Positions 48,901-61,455 of a stretch of 64,000 bases of DNA are shown here, in pieces. The stretch lies in the NCBI GenBank assembly GCA_002269645.1, contig NIVC01003307.1, forward strand, positions 1 through 64,000, written 5' to 3'. The stretch is from Macrostomum lignano. Its lineage: Eukaryota. Every line of letters starts with the position of its first letter. Position 1 is the stretch's first letter. The notes under the pieces are model-generated. The model searched no databases and was not told where the DNA came from. It worked only from the letters and a program-made list of their open reading frames with translations. The translations under genes were made by a program, and so were the position numbers.

Positions 48901-49190
48901 TGCTAATGTACATTGGCCACTAGCCTGTCCTTGGGGTGTTGGGCGGCTGGGGTAAGAGGTAATTGATTGGCTTCTGCGGTGTTTTAGAATTTTATATGCT
49001 TGCTAATGTACATTGGCCACTAGCCTGTCCTTGGGTTGTTGGGCGGCTGGGGTAAGAGATAATTGATTGGCTTCTGCGGCGTTTTAGAATTTTATATGCT
49101 TGCTAATGTACATTGGCTACTAGCCTGTCCTTGGGGTGTTGGGCGGCTGGGGTAAGAGATAATTGGCTTCTGTGGGGTTTTAGAATTCTG
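45980..49190. repeat. 100-bp satellite array interrupted by a LINE
   Basis: Unit begins CATTGGCCACTAGCCTGTCCTTGGGGTGTTGGGCGGCTGGGGTAAGAGATAATTG; period 100 (46081 to 46181). Confidence 0.97.
47162..48136 (-). mobile_element. 5'-truncated non-LTR retrotransposon (RTE-like) with a 10-bp TSD
   Basis: RT motif LGYADDLALL, GLVVNTDKTEVL, FTYLG, YNAETWTLT; (TATG)n 3' tail; TSD GTAAGAGATA at 47152-47161 and 48137-48146; one frameshift near 47535. Confidence 0.92.
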
Positions 49191-49771
49191 TGCAAGTGTT
49201 ATTGATGCAAAAAAAACAATTATAAATAGATTCTTCAGTAAAACTAATTTACGAACACAAAAATATTTCAATCGAGGATTGTAAAATGAGTAGTGTTTTT
49301 GTATTCCACATTGTATTGATATTTAAAAATCTCATGTGGATTTTATACATTGTTCAGAATCGATGGAAAAATACTACACAGGAAAATACAGATACTATAT
49401 TATGTGTGGCATCAAAATGTTAGTTCTTGTGACCTAAGCTCAAATTATTGACAGAAAAGCTCGAGTGATTGAACACTGTACAGTGTACACAGGACTACCT
49501 AAAAAGTGCAGACCGTCAAGCAGACACTATAAACAAACAGCAAAACAAAGACTTATATCGGACCAAAAAGTGCAATCACGAGTTACACAGACGGACATGG
49601 GGAACGCTGCAGTGTGCTCAACAGTACAACAGAAAAAATTGCAGACAAAAAACGACCGAGAAAGCCGGAAAAGCCGCGATAATCTGCAACTCCTATTGGG
49701 GCTCATTCAGGACGCAAAAAGGGTTTACGATCAGTTGTAGTTTTAGGGAGAATTGTGGCTTCTTATCGATC

Positions 49772-51736
49772 TCAAGCGGTCGGTGACACGGGTGTCGACA
49801 AAGGCGTAGCAGTTCCAGTCTGGCGCTGCTGCTCCTGCTGCTGTTGTGTTTGCTGTCGCGGAGCCTGTAGTTGCTGCGGCTGCTTCGGCCGGCTGCACTT
49901 GCGAATCCCGGCCTGCCGGACCGCGGCCTGGTGGTCCAGCCGGTATTTGTCACGAATGGACTGGATCTTGCCCGCTGGCAGGGCGCCGCCGCACCCGGCT
50001 GCCCCAGTTGGCTGCTCGTAGATCTGGCGGCGCCGGCGCATCAGGTAGTCTTCGGCTGGGGACGGACTCGCCGAGTTGTTGTTCATCGGACAGTCGCTGT
50101 TCAAGCCGTCCTCGTGCGCTGCCATCATCGATGCCGCTTCGCCGGTGCCAAGCTTTGGCATCGTCAAGTCCATTGCCTGCGACGGCGACGCGATGTCGGC
50201 GTTGTTGAACCGGACTACGGCAGGGGCGACAGCCGCCGCTGAGGCTGGCTGAGAGTCCAGGTCCAGGCAGTAGCGCCTGGTTGCTTCCGCCTGAGACGCA
50301 GCCGGCAGGCTGGTGGCACTGCATGATGTCGGAGTCGCTGCCGCCGATGTCGCTGCCGCCGATGTCGCTGCTCCCGATGTCTGCACTGCGTCGATCCCGG
50401 TCGTCTTGCCGCAGCTACCGGCCGGGTGCCAGCCGTGTTCGCTGAGGATCCGCAGAATCTCCGGCGCTTCCTTGAACACCGGGATAGGAATCGGTACCGG
50501 GAACGGCACTGGGATCGGCGCCAGGCGTGGTACGAAAACGGCGCCATCGATTGAGCAGTTCATTGCCGACGAAGCTGGCGGTTGCGACTGCGTTGGAACT
50601 CGGGGTGGCGCGGGAGGCGGCGCCGGCGGCGGTGGAGGCGGGGGCAACAGCGGAGCTTGCGGCGGTGGCGGTTGCGGCTCCAAACCCGATGATGCCGAAG
50701 ACGAGACCGCCGTCGCTGCAGCTGCCGCATTCGCCAATCGCTGTGACGCCAACAGGGCCGCTGCCGCGGTGGCCGTCGGATCCGTCGGTAAGCACCCGTT
50801 CAGCGGGTACGGTGGCATCAAGTAACCGTCCAGCGGTGCGGGGCCGCCGCTCGCGCCGCCGCCACCTCCGCCAGAACCGGCTACCAGGGCGCTAAACCAG
50901 AGGTGGCGCAGCATCTCTGCCGACGGCGGGTGCGGCGGCGGGTGCGGCGTAGGCAGCATCTGCTGGTGGTGAAGCGCGTTGTGGTGATGATGCAGGGCCT
51001 GATGGTTGGCGTAGCCGTTCTGCTCCGGCTCGGAGTTTGAGTGAGCGGAGGCGGATCTGCGGCAGTTCCCGGAGACCGCGGCTGCTCCTCCAGTTCTGCG
51101 CGTCCGATTGACGGCTGTTGCGGCTGCCGCGCTAGCAGAGTTGGAGCCCGACAGCAGGCCGTGGAAGCGCAGCGCGACCATCGGGCTGCCGCCAACGCCG
51201 CGCTCAGAGTCGTCTCCTGTTAGCGGCCTCGGCGGAGGCAGCGGCGGCAGTGGAGGCGGAGGCGGAGGCTGGCGCTGCTCCGTGGACGCCGCCGCCGCCG
51301 CTGCCGCCTCCGCCATCTCCTGCATGGCGATCTTCCGGACATTCTTCTTGAAGCAGCGGGCACAGTCGTCGCCGCAGAAAAGCAGCCGCTCATTTTCGGC
51401 ATAGTCAACGCTCACCGTCTGCTGCCGGGTCTTCTTGCACCAGTCGCAGATGGTCTGGCTCTTGAACAGGGCGCGCCTAGAAGACAGGAAGCATTTCTCC
51501 GAGCAGAAGCGCTTCTGGCCGGAGTTTTCCGTCTCCACGGCGAACTGCAGGCTGCTGCGTCGCTGATGGCACCAGTGGCAGAACTTCACCGGAGCCTCCG
51601 GCTCAGTTCCCGAAGCTGGAGCTGGAGGCGGAGCGCCTCCGACTGAAGACGCGCCGTCGCTTCTTGACGGAGACACCTGCTGCTGCTCCGTCTCTGAGTT
51701 GCTGTTGCAGCTGCTGCTTTGCTTGAGAGCCTTCAT
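49772..51736 (-). CDS. SOBP: Sine oculis-binding protein homolog (FCS zinc fingers, Pro-rich); single long ORF
   Basis: CHWC...FCSEKCF..SRRALFK and CDWCKKTR...FCGDDC match the paired SOBP FCS fingers; PIPVPFPVPIPIP motif. C-terminal end and absence of introns are less certain. Confidence 0.8.
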   Translation of the reverse strand: MKALKQSSSCNSNSETEQQQVSPSRSDGASSVGGAPPPAPASGTEPEAPVKFCHWCHQRRSSLQFAVETENSGQKRFCSEKCFLSSRRALFKSQTICDWCKKTRQQTVSVDYAENERLLFCGDDCARCFKKNVRKIAMQEMAEAAAAAAASTEQRQPPPPPPLPPLPPPRPLTGDDSERGVGGSPMVALRFHGLLSGSNSASAAAATAVNRTRRTGGAAAVSGNCRRSASAHSNSEPEQNGYANHQALHHHHNALHHQQMLPTPHPPPHPPSAEMLRHLWFSALVAGSGGGGGGASGGPAPLDGYLMPPYPLNGCLPTDPTATAAAALLASQRLANAAAAATAVSSSASSGLEPQPPPPQAPLLPPPPPPPAPPPAPPRVPTQSQPPASSAMNCSIDGAVFVPRLAPIPVPFPVPIPIPVFKEAPEILRILSEHGWHPAGSCGKTTGIDAVQTSGAATSAAATSAAATPTSCSATSLPAASQAEATRRYCLDLDSQPASAAAVAPAVVRFNNADIASPSQAMDLTMPKLGTGEAASMMAAHEDGLNSDCPMNNNSASPSPAEDYLMRRRRQIYEQPTGAAGCGGALPAGKIQSIRDKYRLDHQAAVRQAGIRKCSRPKQPQQLQAPRQQTQQQQEQQRQTGTATPLSTPVSPTA

Positions 51737-52919
51737 TGCAACCTTGGCGTGCTCGAAGGCTGTCTGGAGAAGTGAAATCGGGGGAGGTTGGCCGCGGTGA
51801 AGATTTGACTGTTGTCCGCTCCAGCCAGCCGCTTATTTATCTGGCTCGATCCTCCACCCGCCCCTCCTCCGAAAGTCGTGGATTCCAACTAACGGATGAG
51901 GATGAAAGTCCCGGGACTAATTTTTTATTGGCAATTGCTTTCGCCAGTTCCACCCCCTTACCGCCTTTGCCTTTGCCTGTGCTCTGGCGTCGCGGCAAGG
52001 CGCAAAAAGAGAGGCTGTTTAACGGATCGAATAACTTGCAGACGCGGAATCTTCAAAGCAGGTAGCTGGGCGAGTTCCCGACTTATAATCACTTTTGCTG
52101 GTCCATTTTTTTCAGATCTGGTTGGAAAAGCAGAGACGGCCGGTTGCTTTTTTGTAGAAGAAGATTTTCTGCAGTTATTCGAGCTCCGCTTAGCAATAAT
52201 TGCGCACAGTTGGCGGTCCAGAGGAGACGGAAGATTTGGGATAAAAAAAAAACACACGCGCTACCTCCGAGGCAACGGATGAGTGCGCAATCGCTTCGCG
52301 TAATTCAATATCCTTCTGCATCAGCCCCTAATTGGGCTGTGTCCACAGGCTCGCAAGCAGTTTTGCCAGCAATTTTGCCAATTTTCCCGGGGATAATTTG
52401 TGCAATTTCTTGCAACTACTAACTTTTTTCGCTAGTTCATTTCTCTTGGCTTTGCGCTATTCGAAAATCTCAGTTGAAAAAAGTTGCATAGAAGAAAATA
52501 GGAAGTTTATTCCCAGTGCCACGGGCTGGTCGGTCGCCGCTCCCTGACACGCAATACTCTGCTCCCCGCTCTCTCGGCCGGGTGAAAGCTGCCTTCGCCA
52601 CTGCTGTCTGCACTGCTGCCTCCCCTACAGCCCGCCCGTCTCAGCTTTCTCCTCGCCGTATCGGGTTTCCCAGCCCCCGCCGGCCCTCCCCGAGTTCGCT
52701 GCGAACGGAACGGAGGTACCGGGGAGGGCGGCACCCCCCCCCCAGGAAACTGGAGAACCCAAGGAAAACAAAAGCGAGAGAAGAGGGGCTGAAGGGTGGA
52801 GGAGAAGTCCTATATAGTTGCTGTCAGAAGGGTGTTGAGGCAGAGGCGCCCCGTAATCTGAGAGATCCTTCAAAGACCGCACATGAGGTGTTACCTGACC
52901 CTGGCCTGCCTCTTCTCTT

Positions 52920-52992
<73 letters not shown>

Positions 52993-53201
52993 CTAGCAGT
53001 GTCCTTCTTCCAGTCTATGGGCCCATTCGAACCTTGACAACAAGGATCGTCTGTTTTAAAATTGGCTTAACTATTTAGGTATCTCAGAGATCTCGTAGTA
53101 TAAGGTTACTGTAAATACTGCATCTAAGGGTGCATCTGTGCACCATATCTACCGTATTGGATGTCTTCTATGCTGATGCAGACTCCTGGCTAAGTGTTCA
53201 A

Positions 53202-53645
53202 GCACAATCCAGTGCTGACATCCTCAGACCACTCTGGTGTGTGTCTGAGCAGCCCTACACTGCACAATCCAGTGCTGACATCCTCAGACCACTCTGGTGT
53301 GTGTCTGAGCAGCCCTACACTGCACAATCCAGTGCTGACATCCTCAGACCACTCTGGTGTGTGTCTGAGCACCCTACACTGCACAATCCAGTGCTGACAT
53401 CCTCAGACCACTCTGGTGTGTGTCTGAGCAGCCCTACACTGCACAATCCAGTGCTGACATCCTCAGACCACTCTGGTGTGTGTCTGAGCAGCCCTACACT
53501 GCACAATCCAGTGCTGACATCCTCAGACCACTCTGGTGTGTGTCTGAGCAGCCCTACACTGCACAATCCAGTGCTGACATCCTCAGACCACTCTGGTGTG
53601 TGTCTGAGCAGCCCTACACTGCACAATCCAGTGCTGACATCCTCT
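53202..53645. repeat. 60-bp minisatellite
   Basis: Unit GCACAATCCAGTGCTGACATCCTCAGACCACTCTGGTGTGTGTCTGAGCAGCCCTACACT. Confidence 0.96.
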
Positions 53646-55173
53646 CGGCCTCCTTGTTCACTGCAGCCGAAGACTTGAAGGTTTCGGGTGCTCCGAACGC
53701 TTTTAAGGAAACTAGAACTAAGAGAATCGAGACACCCAATATGCCTAGGGAATGACAGGGAGCAAGGGCACGGCTGAGAGGGTTGGGGCTTGAGCGGATT
53801 GCGTTACACAGCAAATACAAGCTAAGGCAGTAAAGAGGTGGCTGGAGTAGAGGGGGGCAAGGACTAGAGAAAGGTTGCTGCCGCCCTTCCCTCTCCGGGT
53901 CTCGGTGTCAGGTTCGGCCCCCTAGAAATTAAGTGGAATAGGAGGGCGGAGGGTGGGGTGCAGCGTAATCTGAGAAGCCGGTGTTGGCTCACTCACGGAC
54001 GGGTTCAGCTCAGCGCACTCGTCTACGGAGGGGGCCCGTTGGACGCTATCCGACACTGGCGAGCTTCCGAGAGAGGGAGAGACAGGGTGTTAGCAGTGTG
54101 GCCGGCTCTGACACTCACTCTCGCTTTCCAAATTTCATAGTCTATCTTATATTAAGCTTGAGAATAGCAATAATGCTGGTTACAGGTGGTGGGAACTATG
54201 CCGACAGACAGACTAACAGCACAACCTCTTGCGCATTATATATGTATTCTCGTGTGACAGTTTTACTGGCTTCTGTATTCTAAACTAAACACGGGTGTCA
54301 AAATGCGTGGGAGAGTATACTGTGTCATGCCTCGATTTATTCTCTAGTTAGGTGTCTGCATGGCAACATGAATATTCTTACTTGGGGCGTAGCCGAGAAC
54401 ACGGATGTAACCCCTGACTTTCTTATCATTTCTAACTTGTTGGGTTGGCCTTCGCGCGTGACAAGGCCACAGTTTTCAGAACCGACCCAGTGACTTTAGA
54501 GGAAGGGAGTTACCGGTATCTTTTGCACGAATTGTTTGCTCCACGCTTCCAGAAGAGATCTTTATATTAGAAAACTATTTATTCCATAGAGTAAAACAAA
54601 CTCACCGATTGAGATAATTTTGCAATAAACTGCCGAACAGACAAGGCTGGTCAATGTCGATTTAGTTCCTCTTGTCCGTTAGCCTGCCCCAGCACAGCAT
54701 ATATCCACACACCAGCGGCGGCCTACGGTGAAGTCCTGGGCCAATGGGCGTCCCTCTCTCTCTCTCTCTGAACAGCCCCGCCCTGCCCCCCTTCTCCCTT
54801 ACACAACATGTCTGCCCCTCCGGTAACCCGATCCGTCTTAGTAAGTGATAGGCCTTCAGCCTCAAAGCCACTAGCTGGCTCTGCTGGGCGGGGGAGGCAT
54901 CTCCTTCCTTCCATCCCCCCAATCCCGCTAAATGATCCCATTCCCCCATCTTCCCACCAATGCGTCAGTTTCCCTTCTAACCCTTCTCCGCTTGCGATTC
55001 TCAGTTTCTCTCCAATACGCCGCGGCCATCGCTGAGCAGCCTTCGCCTCCTGCTCCCCCCCCCCCCGACTCGAATGCCTGAGCGAGTTGAAATCCTATCT
55101 GGTTTCACTCCCCGAAGCCTGCCGTGGCCGCACCCACAGCCACCCACCTGCCACCGAGGGCACCATGCGACCG

Positions 55174-55232
<59 letters not shown>

Positions 55233-55437
55233 CAAAGGAAAGCGCAACTTGTTAATTACAACAATAAGACGATGCCACCTGATCCCCGAGGTCGAGCTTC
55301 GAGCCTTCAGCCTCCGCAACTGCTCTGTCTGCTTTTTGCCGCTTCATCAATTCTCCATGGTCCCAAAATTAGCCGCAAAAAAAGTTAGGAAAGCACGAGA
55401 GATTATTAGCTGCGGTATTAGGGGGCAAGCGGATGAG

Positions 55438-55987
<550 letters not shown>

Positions 55988-56389
55988 GGACTGACTGGAC
56001 TACAAATTGGTTGCAAGGTTTTGCAGGACTTCGGCATTCAGTCTGTGATTCTATAGCTCGTAAGCTACTCGTATTAGGTAAAATTCGTGAAGGATATCCA
56101 GAACTAACTACTACCATATACAATGAGTAGGCAGTGACGCATAGAAAATACTCTTAAGCGTATAGCTGCTATTATATAGCATTTCATTAGTTCGCTACTG
56201 TTGTCATTACAGAACTTCTGCATGCAAGTATAACTCATTTAAGATGCAGGCCAGGACCCTCTACAGGTAGATGAACAACTCTTGGGGCAGTTGAGTCACC
56301 GGCCACACTGCTTGACCTGTCCGCGTGGCAGCTTGAGTCAGGATTAGGAGGTGGCTGTTGCTGAACAACAAAACAACAAAATACGATGT

Positions 56390-58480
56390 CAGTCAGTTAG
56401 CAGACAGCGTCACAAGGCGCGTTTCAAGGCCTGGGCGCGAACGTAGGCCGCGCCGCCGGCAGTGTCCGGGGCGCCGGCATCAGCCAGCAAAGGCAGTCGA
56501 CGAAACGCCGAGTACACGCCTGCCCGGTGCCTGTAGCGTCAGCAGCAGCACCTCCTGCACCGGCTGTGGGCAGTATGACTCGGCGCAGATGATGTGGCCT
56601 GCCAGCTGGAGTCACCGACGGCGCAACAGTTCGCTGGGACGGGACAGGCCGGTTCGGCGATAGAGTGCCTCATTGGTGACTCGCTCGTAGCCGATCTAGC
56701 CGCAACGCTCACCAGCCGGTCCAGCTGGCGTTGGGCGCCCTCGACGGTCGAGGACAGCAGGGCGAGATTATCGGCCTAGCCCAAAACGCTAAGCCGCCTT
56801 TCCGGTTGACCCGGCGTCGACCCACGCGTCGCAGCTCGACTGGCGGGTCCGCGCTTCCTCGATGACTCGGTGAAGAGCCAGGATCTGCGTCACTGTGCCA
56901 CGATGGGGCCGGAAGCCGTTCTGCTCAGGACGCAGGTACGGGTCCAGCACGGGCTGCAACCGCGATAACAGCATCCGGTTGAACAGCTTCGCAGCGCAGG
57001 ACTGAAAGCAGATACCTCGGTGCTCCTCAAGCCGCGTGGTGCACGGTTTCTTCGGAATAGCGACGATGTGCGCCGTGGTCCATTCGTTGGGTGCCGCCTC
57101 AACGAAAAACACGTGGTTCATCACACTGGCGACCTCGCTGGCCACACAGTGGAGTCGCAGCGCATCGATGGGCACCTCGTCCGGACCCAGCGCTTTCCCG
57201 CTCGGTGATTGTTGGGCAAGCCTCACAACGTCGGCTGTGCTGACTGGCGCTACATTAAAACTCTCCTCTGCCGGCAACGGCGTCTCCGGTGGCAGCCTCA
57301 GATCGTTTGGCAGCGGGGGCGACGGCGCGCTGACGATGGCGGTGAAGAACTTGAGCGGGCAAGGTTGAGCGGGATGCGCAGCTTCCGCCCGGTCAGAGCA
57401 TTGATGGCGGACCAGGCCACGCGCTCTTTAGCGTCGGGTCCAGCGGAGGTGACAGCCTGGATGGCGTCATCCACAGCGCCCTGTTGCCGCTGCAGGTAGA
57501 CAGCCGCCAGAGCCTCCTCCGCCTCGCGAGTTGGCCGCCTGCTCAGACGGAGCCTCTCCAGCTCTGCCCTCGCTTGCCGGATCGCAGGGTCGTCCCGCCA
57601 GACCGACTGTCTATGTTGGGCCGGTTGCATGAGTGGGACGGTGCTCACGAAGACGCACAAGCACGTGGTCGAGCTGTGCCTGCCTCCGCGTTTCTTTCTC
57701 CGCTTGCAGCCCACGAAGGTCGCGAGCCTGCCGGGTGGCTTGCGCAACCGGGTGTTGGCCGACACCATGTCCTGCCTCTCCAGGAAGTCTTCCAGCGCTC
57801 CGGTGTTTCCGTTCTCGCGCGGTGTCACAAACAGCGACCGCTCGGACCTACGCAAAACCGCGTTCAGGTCTCCGAGGACGACCACTGTGTCACGCTGCGC
57901 CGTCTCCTCCACCTGGGCCGAGAGCTGCTCGAAGAAGACTTGAGCCTCGTCAGGTCGGGTGGCAGGAGGCGCATACGCGCAGAACAGGCGAGCGTTCCGG
58001 CCGCGAAGCCGGGCGTCGACCGAGGCTGCTGCAGCCTCGGTCCGATCAGCGCTCCAATTCCTCCACGGCCTCGTTGGTCCGCCGACGTGTACCAGAGGGT
58101 CCAGCCGGCGCCTAGGTCCTCACAGTGAATTCCCGGGTCGGCCCTGATGGACACCTCTTGCAGCGAGATGACATCGCATCTGAGGTCGAGCGCTAGCTGC
58201 GGCAGCAGCCCTCTCCGCCAGGCGGCCTTGAGAGTGCGGCAGTTCAGCGTCCCGACCCGAAGCGTGCCTTTTGTTACGGCTGGGGCTTGATGACAGTGAG
58301 CCTCACGGTCCCCGGCGCCACCCGGAAGATCCGATTGGCTAAGTAAGGCAGCAGCTCGACGGGCGGAACCACGTTGCCGACCTCGCCGGTTTCGCTTACG
58401 CCGACGTTCAACTCACCGGCGCTCGCTTCGCTGCCCTCTCTTGGTCTTGGCACTGTTGGCCGCCGAGGTGCCGAGGTGCA
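56390..58480 (-). mobile_element. Decayed RTE-like LINE with internal deletions (APE endonuclease plus RT)
   Basis: TLRVGTLNCRTL..ISLQE, GGIG, AYAP, LGDLNA, QLDHVL, KALGPD, AIPKK, EQNGFRP; catalytic motif mutated to LG*ADNLALL; C-terminal ESYCPQPVQEVLLLTL resembles the 47-48 kb copy. Confidence 0.9.
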
Positions 58481-58625
58481 AATATAATAAGTCTGAGTCT
58501 AATAACTATAATAAATATAATAATACGACGTAAGTTGCTGAGCATAGCAGAGTCGCTGAGGAGGACCCCCAATATTCGATGTTTTGGTATTAGTTAAATA
58601 TCTCGTCAAATCCGGAGTCAGGGTG

Positions 58626-59082
58626 GTGCCTAATCGGGAGTCAGGGCGTGCCTAATCGGGAGTCAGGGCGTGCCTAATCGGGAGTCAGGGCGTGCCTAAT
58701 CGGGAGTCAGGGCGTGCCTAATCGGGAGTCAGGGTGTGCCTAATCGGGAGTCAGGGCGTGCCTAATCGGGAGTCAGGGTGTGCCTAATCGGGAGTCAGGG
58801 CGTGCCTAATCGGGAGTCAGGGCGTGCCTAATCGGGAGTCAGGGCGTGCCTAATCGGGAGTCAGGGCGTGCCTAATCGGGAGTCAGGGCGTGCCTAATCG
58901 GGAGTCAGGGCGTGCCTAATCGGGAGTCAGGGCGTGCCTAATCGGGAGTCAGGGTGTGCCTAATCGGGAGTCAGGGCGTGCCTAATCGGGAGTCAGGGCG
59001 TGCCTAATCGGGAGTCAGGGTGTGCCTAATCGGGAGTCAGGGTGTGCCTAATCGGGAGTCAGGGCGTGCCTAATCGGGAGTC
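58626..59082. repeat. 22-bp minisatellite
   Basis: Unit GTGCCTAATCGGGAGTCAGGGY. Confidence 0.97.
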
Positions 59083-59427
59083 ACGAAAAAATCTTTGCGC
59101 AGGTAGGAGACGAAAAAAGCCGCTAAAAGCACGATAGCACTCGACCAATTAGCCAATTACGTAAACAGGAAAATTGTCGGAGCAGCAAGGACGGCCAATT
59201 TGAGGAAATAAAACAAAAAAGTGATTTATTCGACAAAATAGTCTTTGACAAGAAAAAACTGCTAGAAAAGAGAAATTCTGACTAAATTGCCGCTAATTGC
59301 TGAAGAAATTATTTTTCCCAGCTGCTCAAAACCTCAATTTTCCAAATTGCCGCAATCACAATTTTCACTCAGGGATTTCTTTATAAATGCGGGACCGAAG
59401 GCCATTGCCGGCTGATTATGAAACGCG

Positions 59428-61455
59428 ATGCTCTGCCAAGCCCTGTTGCTGCTCATAGCGGCCGCTGCCGTCCGGTGCTGCGACACGGACGCCTGCACCG
59501 AGGACGGCGCCGCCATGCTGCTGAAGATGAACCGCTCCGCCGACCCGTGCTCCGATTTTTACAGCTACGCCTGCGGCGGCTTCAGCTCGGCGGCGGGCGC
59601 GGCCGGCCACTACGCCGGCCTGGACGGGCCGGGCTCGGCCGGCTCCGCCTACACCGACACCAGCCTGCAGCTGGGCGCCCAGACTGAGGCCCGGCTGTTC
59701 CGCCTGGTCACCGACTTGGCGACAGACGGCGGCGATTCCGGGGCTCCGGCCGCTGCCAGGCTGGTTGGCGCCACCTTCGCCAGCTGCCGGTCCTGGCACC
59801 GGAGCTCGGTTGCTAAGCAACGCGAGAGTCTGAGGTCGCTGCTGCATCGGCTGGCCCGGAACCGGCGCGAGTCGGGCAGCCTCGAGCAGCTGCTGGCCGC
59901 TCACGCCAGGTCAGGCTTCACCGGCCCGTTCCGCCTGGAGACAGGAGATTCTGGAGCCGGCTTCATCCGCCAGAGACGCTTCGGCTACGCCGGCAATTCG
60001 GCTGAACTCCGGCGCGCCCTGCGCCTGCTCCGCGGCGCCGGCTTTCCTGCGCGCAGCGCCATCGTCGCCAGCGCTGTGGCTGTCGATGTCGCCGAATTAA
60101 TCGACACTGTCGAGCCCAAGGCACCGACAAAAAACGACGGCGAGATGTCAAGCAGCACCCTGGCTGAGCTGGACACGGCCTCCGCCTTCAACTGGACGAT
60201 GTACGTGCGTCACCTGTTTAAGAAGATGAAGCTCCAGCTTCCGGAATCGTTCGAGCTGATGCATCACCGACTAAAGGGACTCGAAGCTCTGCTGAAGCAT
60301 CTCGGCAAACTGCCAATCGCCCAGGTGCAAGCCTTCCTCACCCTGGATGCCGTAGTGGAGCTGCAGGGCAGCCTGCTCAACCTACACCAGCACCAGCACA
60401 CTGACGACAGCCCCAGCCCCAGCCCCAGCTCCATGTCCAGCTCTAACAGCCAGCAGTTGTACATCAGGCGGCAGTGCCTGCACCTGGTGAAGCAGCTGCT
60501 CGGACCCGCCGTGGCGCATTTCTATCACCAGCGCTACCTGACCTCGGCCGCTCTGCCCACCGCGGCCAACGTTGCCGACAACATTCGCTCGTCTATGGCC
60601 GAACTCGCGCTGGAATCCCCGGCGCTCGGCTCTGCGGCGGAGCGAGCTCGCGTGGCTGAGAAGCTGCACTCAACCCCCGTGTATCTGGGCTACGGCCGCC
60701 AGAGCTGGGGCCTGTCCGATCCGTCGGCACGGGAGGTCATCCGTCGGGTCCGATCCCGCAATGGCGCCCTGGAGGCCGCGGCGCTGGGCCTGGCGCTAGA
60801 ATCCCGCGCTAGACAGAGGCTGGACTCGCTGTTGAGCTGCAGCAGGGGAGCGGAGGACCCGATCGAGCGCATGGACCCGTTCATCGCCAATGCGTACACT
60901 CTGAGCACTGCAAGCCAGGAGCGGTTCAGCGTCATCTTGCTGCCTCTGTCCTTGCTGCAGTCTCCCGCCTATCGACCCGACTATCCGGCCTTCTCCATCT
61001 ACGGCGGCCTGGGTCTCCAGCTGGGGCACGAGCTCGGGCACTCCCTGGCCAACTACGCTAAGCTGGAGCGACGAAATGGCGAATGTCGAAACGGCGGCGC
61101 AACCCGATGGGAGCGCCTGGCCGACTGGCTGGGCCTGAGGGCCGCGCACCGGGCCTACCGGACGCGGACACTCGTTGCTAAGGACGCCGTGCCCGCTGTC
61201 ATGACAGCCGGTGGCGCCGGTTCAGGCAACGCAGCCGAGCGCCTGTTTTTTGTTCGCGCGGCCCAGGACTTCTGCGCCTGGGGCTCCGGCGCCGCGGAGG
61301 GCGCCGTGTTTAAAGCCGACGCTGAGCATCCGACCGCGAGCCGGCGGGTGAACGGCATGCTGAAGGACTCCGTGGAGTTCGGCCGGGCGTTCCGCTGCCC
61401 GGCTGGGAGCCCGATGAGGCCCGCTAAGAGACGGCAGCTGCTGGAGACCTGCTGA
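59428..61455 (+). CDS. Intronless M13-family (neprilysin/ECE-like) zinc metallopeptidase with an N-terminal hydrophobic signal
   Basis: MNRSADPCSDFYSYACG, NAY, GHELGH (HExxH), ERLAD (ExxxD), HP...R, FRCPAGSPM and terminal Cys. Confidence 0.88.
   Translation: MLCQALLLLIAAAAVRCCDTDACTEDGAAMLLKMNRSADPCSDFYSYACGGFSSAAGAAGHYAGLDGPGSAGSAYTDTSLQLGAQTEARLFRLVTDLATDGGDSGAPAAARLVGATFASCRSWHRSSVAKQRESLRSLLHRLARNRRESGSLEQLLAAHARSGFTGPFRLETGDSGAGFIRQRRFGYAGNSAELRRALRLLRGAGFPARSAIVASAVAVDVAELIDTVEPKAPTKNDGEMSSSTLAELDTASAFNWTMYVRHLFKKMKLQLPESFELMHHRLKGLEALLKHLGKLPIAQVQAFLTLDAVVELQGSLLNLHQHQHTDDSPSPSPSSMSSSNSQQLYIRRQCLHLVKQLLGPAVAHFYHQRYLTSAALPTAANVADNIRSSMAELALESPALGSAAERARVAEKLHSTPVYLGYGRQSWGLSDPSAREVIRRVRSRNGALEAAALGLALESRARQRLDSLLSCSRGAEDPIERMDPFIANAYTLSTASQERFSVILLPLSLLQSPAYRPDYPAFSIYGGLGLQLGHELGHSLANYAKLERRNGECRNGGATRWERLADWLGLRAAHRAYRTRTLVAKDAVPAVMTAGGAGSGNAAERLFFVRAAQDFCAWGSGAAEGAVFKADAEHPTASRRVNGMLKDSVEFGRAFRCPAGSPMRPAKRRQLLETC

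Noticed and set aside
49846-51404. Overlapping ORFs antisense or frameshifted to SOBP (similarly within the LRRC40, RAD54B, OXSM and M13 exons)
   Set aside because: Expected shadow ORFs of GC-rich coding sequence.
52300-55400. Possible gene or element upstream of SOBP
   Set aside because: No coherent ORF, splice pattern, TIR or TSD recognised; left unannotated apart from repeats.
58626-59082. 8-9-bp words shared between the 22-bp array and the 3.7 kb or 7.8 kb arrays (AATCGGGA, GGGAGTCAG)
   Set aside because: Too short and isolated to distinguish from chance.
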